A DNA stretch of 63,611 nt, the filler included, from Choristocarpus tenellus KU-1152 (Eukaryota > Protista > Phaeophyceae), in the NCBI GenBank assembly GCA_964200185.2. It is 12 parts of 12 records of this genome, joined end to end, with 100 filler letters (N's around TTAATTAATTAA, not from the genome) between each part and the next. Parts side by side here need not be neighbours in the genome. Positions count along the whole stretch, not along the records: positions 30,239 to 33,846 come from CAXNAD020018984.1; positions 33,947 to 40,760 come from CAXNAD020007289.1; positions 40,861 to 44,313 come from CAXNAD020019936.1; 9 more parts are not named here. The stretch is one strand, 5' to 3'. The notes beneath the pieces are model-generated. The model made no database searches and was not told where the DNA came from. It saw nothing but the letters and a program-made list of their open reading frames with translations. Below, piece after piece: positions 33,001 to 44,413 of this stretch (the stretch's first letter is position 1; every line of letters starts with the position of its first letter). The position numbers were made by a program, and so were the translations under genes.

Positions 33001-33824
33001 ATGTATTTTCCCAAGAGGGCCAGAACACAGCAGCACAATATATATACATAGAAATCAACCTTCTCAAATCAAATATTCAACTTCATTCGCAGTATATTGG
33101 TAAATCATAACAAACGCGATAAACTGGTTATATATTGAAAACGACCAAAATTGGGTACCTCTCGCTTACTTTGACTCAACCAAATGAAAAGCAACATGGA
33201 AGGAGAACCCAGTTAAGTGGAATCACCCGTGCCTTTATGGTAGATTCTTCAGCATGCTGCTTGACAAACCTACTATGAAGTACCCAAGGGTAGTACATGG
33301 CTTGCTTCAAAGTGCCATGAGCCATTATGATAACAGGATAACTCAACAATAATGGCAACAAATTGCACTTTTCTTGCAAAGACCAAGGGTTTAGGTACAC
33401 CACCGGCATCTAGCATATGGAATTGCCGAGGAAACAAGAAGAGGATAGAGTAAGAACTCCAAGTTATGGCATGCATCTTGAGTGAGAGTGGGAATGTTCA
33501 AACATTACCAAACATGTACTATACTGCGCATACTTCAATGAGTTTGCCCCAAGCAACCAGTTGTGTATTTGTCCCTAGGTCTATTTTACTCGTACCTCTT
33601 CCTGTGTTGCAGCAGATGAAAGGCCCAGACTCCAATAGTGAGACCTATTGTTCCGAAGCCAAAAGACCCTGCCTCTCAAATCAGATCAGGTAACTTGTCC
33701 TCATCAGCTTCAACCCTCCGGCTTGTGCATGGGTTAGGATTGATCATCCTTACTGTTGTTTCACACTTCTGCCCTGTGGAGACCACCCCAATTGTGGTAT
33801 TTCATGCAATTGACACAAGGAGAA

Positions 33825-33846
33825 GGCTCAAAGTATCTGGGAGGGG
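33825..33846. mobile_element. MITE family B terminal fragment at contig end
   Basis: GGCTCAAAGTATCTGGGAGGGG. Confidence 0.8.
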
Positions 33847-33946
33847 NNNNNNNNNNNNNNNNNNNNNNNNNNNNNNNNNNNNNNNNNNNNTTAATTAATT
33901 AANNNNNNNNNNNNNNNNNNNNNNNNNNNNNNNNNNNNNNNNNNNN

Positions 33947-34239
33947 TTTTGCGATTCCCTTTGCCATTCCGGTTGTTATCCCATGCCCACCTTCAGCGGT
34001 GGTGGCAGGCGTGTTGCCAAGTAGTGGTCAACACATTGGGAAGAAGCGTCGTTCCGTATGAGGGACTAGGAATTTATTATCAATCAGCATCAATTCCAGG
34101 AGACAGAGAATAAATTCTAGTCCCTCATACGGAACGACGCTTCTTCCCAATGTGTTGACCACTACTTGGCAACACGCCTGCCACCACCGCTGAAGGTGGG
34201 CATGGGATAACAACCGGAATGGCAAAGGGAATCGCAAAA
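33947..34239. repeat. Long near-perfect inverted repeat (arms about 131 bp: 33947-34078 and 34109-34239; 30-nt spacer) at contig start
   Basis: The arms are reverse complements apart from a single-base indel near the loop. Confidence 0.92.
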
Positions 34240-36132
34240 TGGGCCGGCACTTCGACTACAAACTTTGGTGGAAAGGAGTCTGGACCCTCACAACGTGGAA
34301 GAGTTAGCGCACAAAACTTGCACAGCTTCTCAGGCGGAGCCTGTAATGACCCTAACGACCTCTTTATCCCCACCGTGGGGGCTGCCTCGCATCCGTCCGG
34401 AGGGGTCACTTGAGTATCGCCTTTGGTGTGGCCATCCCCTAGCCTTCGCCGGGACAAAACACTTTCCGCCTTGCGCGTAGCAAAAAATATCGGTAAATTA
34501 ACCTTGCTTGTGCCATTGTGAGTGGGGTCTACGAGGAGTGGGTCACCCTCAAAGTGGACCTGCCGTTGTTTGGCAGCCACTTCCCGGCCACCAGGTCCCT
34601 TAAGGCATGGTTTTGACTGTTGCCTCATGTTGGGAGGGGTCATCCCTGCGTGTCCAGTGGAAGCACCCATATCTCCGTCAGGAGCTAACATTCCTTCTTG
34701 ACAGCATGTCCTCTCCACTGCCTCAGTTGCAGTTTCCCTGCCGCTCGACGAGAAAGGTGCACAGGGGGAAGGTTGGAACCGACCAACAGTTGAGGGCAAA
34801 TACTGACGGGCGTGAGGTGGGAACGGTAACAAGACCCAATCTTCCACATATCACAATAGTCGGGACAGGACAAAACCAAACAGAATCACAACGGTGCAAG
34901 GGCACCACTCTCCGGACCCCACCCCTTTAGGTTGCACTAATTAACTGCCATCTGGGCCTCCATTGTCCATATACTCTAGAGCACTATTATACCGTACTGT
35001 ATTCGTATTGTGCACTTCCACCTACGTCAATATACATACCTTGCCCACACCAGACGTGTCTGAACCCGCCCCATGCTGGACGACCCACGAAATACTCAAC
35101 AATCTTCCTCACCTTGACGTAATGGCCCGAGGTATCTCTGGGCCCGGCGTCATGGGTCTCTCATCCACCCCCCATCATGCTTCGCCCTCCATCTCGTCCT
35201 CCTCCCCTGCAATCCAATGGGGCATAACCCGCTGCCGAGCACATTCCTGTTCGATCCGTTGTGAGGTATGGCGTGTTGGGCTAGGTTTCTCAACGTACAA
35301 CACACTTGAGGAGAGAAGAGTGACAGGTCAGACCCAACAGCGAAAGAGGGAAGAGGTAATGCAACTTCTCGTGCACTAGGATTAGGTTACATTGTTAAGT
35401 GCCGCCACCAGGATCCCCTTGCTCTCGGGGACCAGATCTATCTCAAACGGATCGTGTCACCTTGGTCGGTGTCCCATGGCGGTTATGTGGGGGAAGTCAA
35501 CCCACCTCCAAATGTGCCCTATACCGAAGCCGCAAGTGTAGAGCTTTTCGCCCCACGAATAGTACTTCCCTTCTCACCCAAGACATGCCAGGAACAACCT
35601 CAAGCGGTGCAATCATCTTCGTGATCCACATGGTGTTGTGAGTTCCAGAGCAAATACTGACATGGGACGTATGCCGCTTCGCAGTGTAAAATCGTTAAGT
35701 TACAGACGAACATGCTTGATTGGATATGAAGAAGCACGACAGTCATCGACAGGCGACGCTGAAACCGCCAATCAGCATACTGAATACTCTCCTAGAGGAA
35801 GAAGAGGGTGACACGTCCGTACCATAAACATGGGATCAAATCACTCGGTCTCGCAATGTTCTATACTTTTTCCACTGGGAAACCAGCACCCTTCTCACTC
35901 AGGAAAACCAGGATGCGACCAATACCATATTTCGTCACTGGTTCCTCGATACGTGTTCTCGAAATCCTCCCCCACTTCGAGTCACACTCACACCAAAACA
36001 TTACATCAATACATGTGCCCCTTCAATTGTTGTACGTTCACTGTACTGTCCTGTAGCGCCCTAGAGCCCTAGCCGAGCACAATCCTATACAAAACACAAT
36101 CAACATTTGTTTTGTTTTGTTCACAAATTCTG

Positions 36133-36191
36133 GATTATGATTATGATTACGATTATGATTATGATTATGTTAAGGATTAGGATTAGGATGA
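36133..36191. repeat. (GATTAT/GATTAG)n microsatellite
   Basis: About 9-10 hexamer units. Confidence 0.85.
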
Positions 36192-36304
36192 TATTTGTGA
36201 TAATATATTTGTTCATAGTTACTTTAGATTTTTTCTGTTTGCATTCTCCACCTAATCTACCCCCTCATTGTAAGACCAAATGTGAGCGACCAATGCCGCA
36301 AATC

Positions 36305-36455
36305 ACCACATCTGATGACCAACCCGTTCAAACCCCGTTGTTCGCTGAATTCCAGTTACCAACCACATCCGATGAATAACCAACCAGTGCGACCCCTTGA
36401 CCACTGAACTCCAGTCACCAACCACATCCGATGACCAACCAGTGCGACCCCTTCG
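36305..36455. repeat. Tandem repeat, about 58-bp unit x 2.5
   Basis: ACCACATCYGATGA..CAACCAGTGCGACCCC..CTGAAYTCCAGT recurs. Confidence 0.8.
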
Positions 36456-38836
36456 CCAATGATCTCCACTCACACCACTTCCACTTCCATGCGCCATTCA
36501 ATGTCACTCATGTACCCCGCCAAAACTTGACCTCGCCTCCCTGTTCCCCAGTATCCCATTCGGTCGTGAGAAATCGAAAGGGAGGGTTAGTGGGTGGGAA
36601 AGATTGCTCGGAGGTTGCATTATTCCAACCCTGCTTGTCCTGTCCCCCACCAACCTCAAGGTTTTCTTTGTTGTGTTCTGATCCATCCCTTCCTACCTCA
36701 TGCCTCCACCTACCACCCATTTCTTTCAACTTCTCTCCCAACTCTTCTTGCTTCCTAGCCACCCAGTACTTAAACTCTCTGTCCACCTTCACATTGTGTT
36801 AATCTTACCCTAATCATCACTCTATTCCCCATTCACCATTCCTTCCAGAGTTCTCCCGCCCACAAACCTCAGATTGCCTCATAACCTTCCCCTCCTTTTC
36901 CTATGTATGTACTCTGTCATTATCTATTTCTTGACACGCATTCCTACATATTCCCCCGTTACCAACCTGCGTGCAAAGTCCGAGAATAGATTTTTCAGCA
37001 ACTCCCAGTGGGGGCTTAGGATGTTGGTGAGTCTCCCTCACCCTTTCTGACCATCCTTCTCATCAAACCCCCACCCCCCAACATCTTCTTCTCACCCTCA
37101 TTAACCATCATCGTCCAGTGTGATGAGCGGTTTAGGTGGTAACAAGAGTGTTTGCTTCACGTTTACTTCCTTCCGTCCCTTCCCTTGGTAACAACTCGAC
37201 GTACTACCTTACGATCTACCGCTCTACTTACCCATCTCATCAGGTGAAGGGAGGTTTTGAATACTACTGCCCTCCACTGTCTCCCCTCCAGCTATCTGCA
37301 GAGGATCAGATCATCGAGTTCAACTCCCCTACATCAACAACACTTACGTGCGGGAATGAAGACCGCTCAACTATTCTTCGACAATGGAATTTACCTTCAC
37401 CCGATCACATCGTCTACCACAACTTCAAACGGATATCCCAAACATCCAACTGTTACCTTTGCATCGGTTTGACCTTTTCCTGATACATGTGCAAAATGTC
37501 AGAAGGCGTAATAGCATATAAAGATGGATGCGTGTAAGGATCTCGATGATGGTGGGCAGATTTAGATCGCCATTGAGCACGGAGGGAGTACGCACCAGAT
37601 TTGCGTCAGAAGGTGGAGCCACAGGCGATATGTCTTGATGGCGGTTTCATAAACGCCACTATGACCTTGAAGTCCTAGATTTCATATATTTGTACTTGTG
37701 CACTATTCATCTATGTATTCTTTTGTCATTGTGATGCCCCTTTGTTTTTGGGGCCATACATCCTTGACGGATTTTTGTATTTCGGGCTCGGAGTAATCTC
37801 GACTGGATGGCATTTGAGAAAATGATGTATTCTTCTATCAGCTACGTGGTACTACATAGTAATTTGTACTTTGCCCCTATTCAATGTCGCTCAGAGTGTG
37901 TATGTCATCCCCCACTGGAATTTCGTAGAATGGTCTCTCAGAGGGTTTCCCCACTGGCCGATTCGTAGTCACCTCTAAGGAGTGAAAGAGGGCGGACGAG
38001 CGAGTGATTGCAGTGATCGGGGAGTTGGAGGATTGGTTTGAATCAAGACAAGACGGAAGCTACAATGCGCTCTCCTAGAAGAAGAAGGGGTTGAAGCTGA
38101 AGATGACTGAGAAGGGTGAAGAGTGGGAGCCCAGTGAGGAGGCCACAGGTGCCCTTGGCGGCCTCAAGCTGAAGAAGGGTGCTGTTGGCCAACGCGAATG
38201 AGCCACCTACTGCTTACTTACCCTGTACTGGATCTTCATAGGTGTATGCCTGCAGCAGCTAGTTTCAGGCTGTTGCTCTTGCATCACTCGGATATCCATT
38301 AGGCAGTTGAAGGTTAGAACTATCTACAATGGTTGGAATGAAGACGTTTTAGCATTTAACGGGATTTTTTTGCTGAGAGGAGGAGGGGAAAGGCAATAAA
38401 AAGGCGAGGAAAGGCATAGGAAGCTCACACCTGTCTGTACAGCTTGTTCTACTGAAGGTTCACATCTTACATCACAGGATCACGAACAACTACAGGTGTT
38501 TCAGGCAATACCTTCTGGACTGGATTGAATCGAGCGCATGTTTCACCCTACCCTGTCTGACCGGGTCCTGAGCAACATCTTCAAGAAACAATCAAGATTC
38601 CACCTCAAACACCAAGGGTGAGGAAGGGCTGCATTTTCATCGCATTTTGATGGAGTACACCTCTGGACTTGATGAAAAAGGCAAAGGGAAAATGTATCTA
38701 TTCACCATCACATGGTTGAGCTTGTTCATACATCAAAAGCGCGACGAGAAATGACTAATTGACAGCGGCATGGGAAGCACAACGGGGAAAGGGCTTGAGG
38801 GATGATAATCGTCAATGACATCACCAAGACCGAGAG

Positions 38837-38960
38837 ACCCATTGACCATGCTCATTGAGACGAAACTTCGGATTGTCGAGGTGGTTTCAGAGGTGACAAC
38901 CCATTGACCATGCTCATTGAGAAGAATCTTTGGATTGTGGAGGGGGTTTCAGAGGTGACA
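38837..38960. repeat. Tandem duplication of about 62 bp
   Basis: ACCCATTGACCATGCTCATTGAGA...GGTTTCAGAGGTGACA occurs twice. Confidence 0.85.
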
Positions 38961-39424
38961 CAAGAGGGAGAAGAACGGGCGACAATAAGATTAAGAATAC
39001 ATACACTACTACAGTATAAATAACAGTAAGAATAATACTAACAAAAGTCTTCTCACGGCGTGAACTACCGAGTTGCTATGAGCTGCCAGGTCTGCCAGAG
39101 AGGTGATTTCCATGAACCGATAGACGATGCATTCGCTTCTGGGTCAGCCTTACTTAGGACACCTTGCTGCTAAGTTTCGATATTTATCTTCCCCTGGGAA
39201 GAAGACGTCACCGATACCAGTGCCTATCAATGCCTCGAACCACCGTATCTACGACAGGGAGGCCAATAAAACTGAGCCTTAACTCAAAGATCCACAATGT
39301 CAGCCCGTTGCAGAAGTATGGGGTGCAAACGCCTTCTGTTGAGGGAGTTGGAATGACCTGGAAGTTCGGGATTCCCCTTCAAGGACCGTTGAATCATGTG
39401 CACTTGAAGGATGGTGTGAGTTGT

Positions 39425-39681
39425 GAGTGAAAGTATCTTAGGGGGTACGAGTTTTTCCCTGCTTGTCCATTTGGGGCTTGGCTTCCCACGGGTTCTTTAT
39501 GACAATTTATCTACTCCAAAATGTTTCGGAGTAGGTAAAATATATCCGTTATGAAACTTTTTTTCCGGAAAAAGGATATTGACACTCCCTAGCAAACACG
39601 ATAGCCAAAATTACATCAAATCGCAACATTGGATTTTGGCCCCCAATGGACGCGGCTCTACCCTCTAAGATACTTTGACTC
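39425..39681. mobile_element. Complete MITE family A (257 bp)
   Basis: TIRs GAGTGAAAGTATCTTAGGGGGTA and TACCCTCTAAGATACTTTGACTC, subterminal TGTCCATT at both ends. TSD not preserved. Confidence 0.9.
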
Positions 39682-40073
39682 TACAGAAACGTGAAAGGCA
39701 CCTCCTTCTAGTGACCGCATGAGCACGTAACACTTCGACACTTCAATACTCCAATAGTCCAATACCCCATCGACTCAGGCAATAGCATTCTGGGAAGATG
39801 AAAATTTCAAATTCTGACTCGAAGCAGCATGCGAAACTATCTATATCTGAGATGCTCTCGTCTTCTCCTCCTGCCTTGTGCCCCACAATACTTGAAGATA
39901 CCTCAAGGCCATCCTCACACTAATTTTGTATTTCTCCACTCCAGCATTGCTCCAAAACCATCCCTATACTACCCACACACACAAAATGCCCCCGAGCATG
40001 GACTCTCTCCCAGGACGGGTTTCCCAACGCACAACCCTAAAATATCAGTAACCGTTCTTCTTCCCACTTACAT

Positions 40074-40173
40074 GAGTCAAAGTATCGTAGAGGGTAGAGC
40101 CGTGTCCGATTGGGGGCCAAATTCCAATGTTGCGATTTTGATTCAAATATTGGCTATCGTGTTTGTTAGGAAG
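40074..40173. mobile_element. Truncated MITE family A (one end)
   Basis: GAGTCAAAGTATCGTAGAGGGTAGAGCCGTGTCC...CCAATGTTGCGATTTTGA. Confidence 0.8.
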
Positions 40174-40733
40174 CTTCTCTTGACCCAGCAGGGTTTATCA
40201 CAAGATGACGTGGAGGAAATATATCATAGCACGAGATGTGTTTCTAGCTGATCGATCAGTTTGTGCACCTACCTTTGATGACGAAATTTGACAAGACATT
40301 GATGGCACATATGACCTCACAACATATCGCAGGAGTGGCTAGGTGTGTGGCTGACATACTTGACCTCGAACCAAACCAAAAGTAGGCAAGATGCTGGCAT
40401 TCATAGGGATTCCTTGTAGGTCATGCACATATTGAACGACCTTCCTAATTTACCTTGTCCTGGAGCGCTCATTATCTCTTCTTCTTCTTCTTCATCAATA
40501 TCTATGTATACTGTAGTTGGGTACAACTGTGGAGTGGATAGCGTGGTAATGGTTTGGAAGAATGATATTGGGATACATTGAACAGGAGGGGTGGAGAATG
40601 GGGCTATGGGGTTAGCAAAGATCATGTGGTATCTTTGTTATGCGAGAGGAAATAGATTGGAAGCAATACAGGGAAATTGTCGACCATTCAGTATTTGGTA
40701 AGATATTTATAGGATGGCTTGAATCTTTTGTTT

Positions 40734-40760
40734 GGCTCAAAGAATCTGGGGGGAGGTGGC
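40734..40760. mobile_element. MITE family B terminal fragment at contig end
   Basis: GGCTCAAAGAATCTGGGGGGAGGTGGC. Confidence 0.75.
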
Positions 40761-42092
40761 NNNNNNNNNNNNNNNNNNNNNNNNNNNNNNNNNNNNNNNN
40801 NNNNTTAATTAATTAANNNNNNNNNNNNNNNNNNNNNNNNNNNNNNNNNNNNNNNNNNNNGGGTTTATCACCTTTATCCTCTTTGATGATTTTGGGGATA
40901 CTCTAACATAGTAAACACCTGAGCTACTGTCATGGGATCAAATCTACATGGTTACACATCTGTGAAAAGGCTAAACACGCCGCCAGGATACACAACCTCA
41001 CATTAGAAATTTTCCCGCTGAAGTTGGGCACTGATTAGAGGGATAGCAACCCTCGGACGAAACCTCATGAAGTCTAACAGCTTGCCATCCCCGGGATTAG
41101 CTCTTGTTGAAACACTGGTACTCAGCTAGCTCAGGGGTTTACTAGTGTTTCAACAGTGTAACCCAATGGTATGGCGAACTCTATTCCCATTATCAGATTA
41201 TACAACATCTCTATCGTCGCCCTGTCCTTTCAATGTTTTATAAATCGACACAAATGGTAAGTTCGATTTTAGAGCTATACATATGTTCACCGTGCTCTGG
41301 AATGCGTACCGTGATGCCTCCGTGGACTCCCTCAAGAACAGTGGCGGATTCAGTCATAGCTACAGGTTACTGGTAGGTGGGACGAGTGTGTTGGTGTATC
41401 ATCAGTTACAATAGGGGTTGTCATCTTGTGTGTCGACTCTCGGTAAGAAATACCATATCCGATCATTTTAAAAATCCATCTCTGTATTTGCTAAGTTCTA
41501 GCAGGTTCTATTGCTTTACTAGAAATAGATTGGTCAAATTGTTTGGGGAAATTCCATGTACCGGATAAGATTTAATTCCTAGTGACAAACTACCAACAGC
41601 AATTGATATAGAAGTATGGCAACAGATGCTTTATTACTACATGTTTTAGGCGTACGAAATTGTTCCTATTGGGGCGTGCACCGCGCTTTTCCGCTTGCGT
41701 CCATTTTTGTATCTTTAGTAGACTCCATGTAAAGCAAGGTTTGTATCCCGAAGTAGGACCAATCCCGATTATTGAAAAGTGAAGACAAATGAACTAACTA
41801 TACGACAAGGTAATATAATTTCTGATACGATGAAACTAAAAAGGCGTAGATGAGAACTAAGAATCTTTGTTGGTGAGTGATCGTTTTGCACGTAGTATAC
41901 ATGCGTGCGTCCCATGGATGTTTCCTATTCCGTAGTTAGTTGCGCAGTCCAATGTTTACAACTAGGGATCTAAATTGTTGTCACATCGGGTGGCAACTAT
42001 CGATGCCCCCACTAGTTTTGTTTTTTAGTCCTTACACCACATCGTTTCCCGCTATCCGAAAATACTGTATCCTCGTCCCTCCTTTCGTGTAG

Positions 42093-44313
42093 GTCCAGAA
42101 GCAGACCGGGATGCAGTACTTGGAGAGAGGAAACTCAGGGCTGTAAATGGAACGACATCATGGAGTCAGCTGCTCATATATTTGCGGAGAAGACGGCTGA
42201 AAAATCGCCCAACTGATACGCTCTCCCTGTCCTACGTGGTTGGAAAATAAACTTTTTCAAAAGAATGGGTTAAGCCCCAGATTCTCACAGGAATCGTCTC
42301 AACCCTATGCACAGATGTGTATAGCGGTACCGATCACATCGAGTCAAAGCATCTTAGAGGGTAGAGCGCTGTCCATTTGGGGTTCAAAATCCAATGTTGT
42401 GATTTTGATGTAATTTAACCTATCGTGATCGTTAGGAAGTGTCGATATCCTTGTTCCAGACACACCTTTTCATAATGTATACATTGTACCTACTCTAAAA
42501 AATTTTGGAATAGGAAAATGTCATAAAAAAATCCATGAGGAGCCAAGCATCAAAGGGACAAACACGGCAAAACTCGTGCCCTCTAACATACTTTCACTCA
42601 TTGCTTCTCACTATATCATCCAAAGCACATATAGAGCGACTTCAACGCTCATAACATACAACTTCTGTCCTTGGTCACTTTGTATGCACTTCCCCTCCGT
42701 AGTTCTCCACTACATTAAGGGGTGTACACACTAAGAAAGACCAATATACCACCAAGGCGAAGAAGCTCTCTTCTAAAGGGAAGAAGAAGAGAACTGAAGA
42801 CCAGAAGGGAGAAGGGGACAGCGACTCCAACCCCGAGCTGATCCTACTACCCCTTGAATCACGAAAACATAAAATGGCATACGGAGGAGGATGCACCTGA
42901 AGGAAGTTTTCATCGAGCAGGTCATACTCGAGGTTCAGGTGCTGATGAGGAACAAGCTGGAGGAGAAAGATAAACTTGGAATCGACCCCAACGTGGCAGA
43001 GAATTCTAACCCGCCCTCTACTGAGGATGCTGCAAAAGAACCATACATCCTATCAGAGGAGGCAATTTATACAGTTTTGGCGGTTTACCCTCTCGAATTT
43101 CTTGTGTGTTGGGATCCTTAACCAAATCCAGACACAGGAAATATCCGAGTTCAATAGGGCTGTATTCAGAGTCTGGCTAACTCCAATTACTTCTGAATGA
43201 AAATGAACCCATTTCCACTTCAAACTTCCACCCTACCCCTATGTTCTATGTTTCAAAGGTGGGAAGGAGGTTACTGTTGAAGAATGTGGAGAAAGGTGAT
43301 GTCTTCCTCGCAATCGTCAAAGACTCCAAGGGTGTTGCCCTCCCCAACGGCTTAAGAGGTGACAGCAAGCAAGTGTAAATAAACGTTTCACGACATGATG
43401 ATAAAATGACCAGTGATAGGGGAGCAATGAGTTCTTTGTTTCTTGGCTAATGAACAAGAACTGTCAGACCTTACATTGGTTATAGTCATAGGTACCATGA
43501 TGTATTGACACCCAACCCCATTTGCGTATGAAATGGTAAATAACATTAAGAGGTCAACTGCCGAAGATATTCCGCACCACACATAACAATGCTACAATAG
43601 CGGAGGGAAAGAACACAACTCGTATACACTGGCGTCCTTTGTGAATGTTGCACACTTCCATACAATAATCCCAAACGACTTCGGTTTTAGGTCCATCGTA
43701 CGTGTTTTAAAATCCATTTTTGATTTTTTTTAGTTGCCATAAACCATATAACAAGCACACACCAGATACGTGACCACCTCTCCTCCTGACATCCATTCGC
43801 CACACTGCTCCAGATTCCAGGTGTGCCACCTGCGTTGTCATGGCGCCAGGCAACACCACTCGTGGGATGCATGACACGGATGACGTATGGGCCAAGCTGA
43901 GGGGTTCGTTCAACGTTGGCTTGTCCTCCCTGTCCGTATATGTGGAGGGAATGGTAGTCACTTGCCCTATGCTGGAGGGGAACTGCAACCCCGAGATGGC
44001 GCAACGCTATGCAGATTTCATGTTCAAATGTTCTGGTAAGTTCTGGGCAGAACAAAAGTGTGCAGAAGAACAGGACGGGGGATTAAGCAGCACTCTAAAC
44101 ACACCCGAGGGTGTCCAGGTCTCCCATCCACGATCGCATGACGACAGTGACGTCAGAGATAGCAACTTGGGATCGGTTCTGAGCGGGTGGGATGCAGATT
44201 TGGATGAGGAAGAAATGGCTGAAACACCGACAGGATCTTGGATGACTTCAACACATAGTGTGGAGTCAGTCCTGGATGATGACACCGATGACGGATCTGC
44301 TGGAAGCGAAGAG
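42093..44313 (+). CDS. Possible multi-exon gene or pseudogene of unknown function, truncated by the contig end
   Basis: Coding-like segments preceded by AG acceptors near 42093, 42720, 43259 and 43814 (e.g. VGRRLLLKNVEKGDVFLAIVKDSKG; DDVWAKLRGSFNVG...RYADFMFKCSGKFWAEQK). Phases not fully reconciled and no family recognised. Confidence 0.35.
42341..42599. mobile_element. Complete MITE family A (259 bp, opposite orientation)
   Basis: GAGTCAAAGCATCTTAGAGGGTAGAG ... CCCTCTAACATACTTTCACTC. Flanks ATC/ATT (2 of 3 match). Confidence 0.9.
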
Positions 44314-44413
44314 NNNNNNNNNNNNNNNNNNNNNNNNNNNNNNNNNNNNNNNNNNNNTTAATTAATTAANNNNNNNNNNNNNNNNNNNNNNNNNNNNNNN
44401 NNNNNNNNNNNNN

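Noticed and set aside
31950-33750. Short coding-like pieces on the minus strand (possible organellar insert or exons)
   Set aside because: No consistent splice or phase model, internal stops, and no recognisable motif.
34125-39430. Scattered ORFs suggesting a DIRS or LTR retroelement
   Set aside because: Probably decayed TE sequence, but no RT, RNase H, integrase or recombinase motif could be identified.
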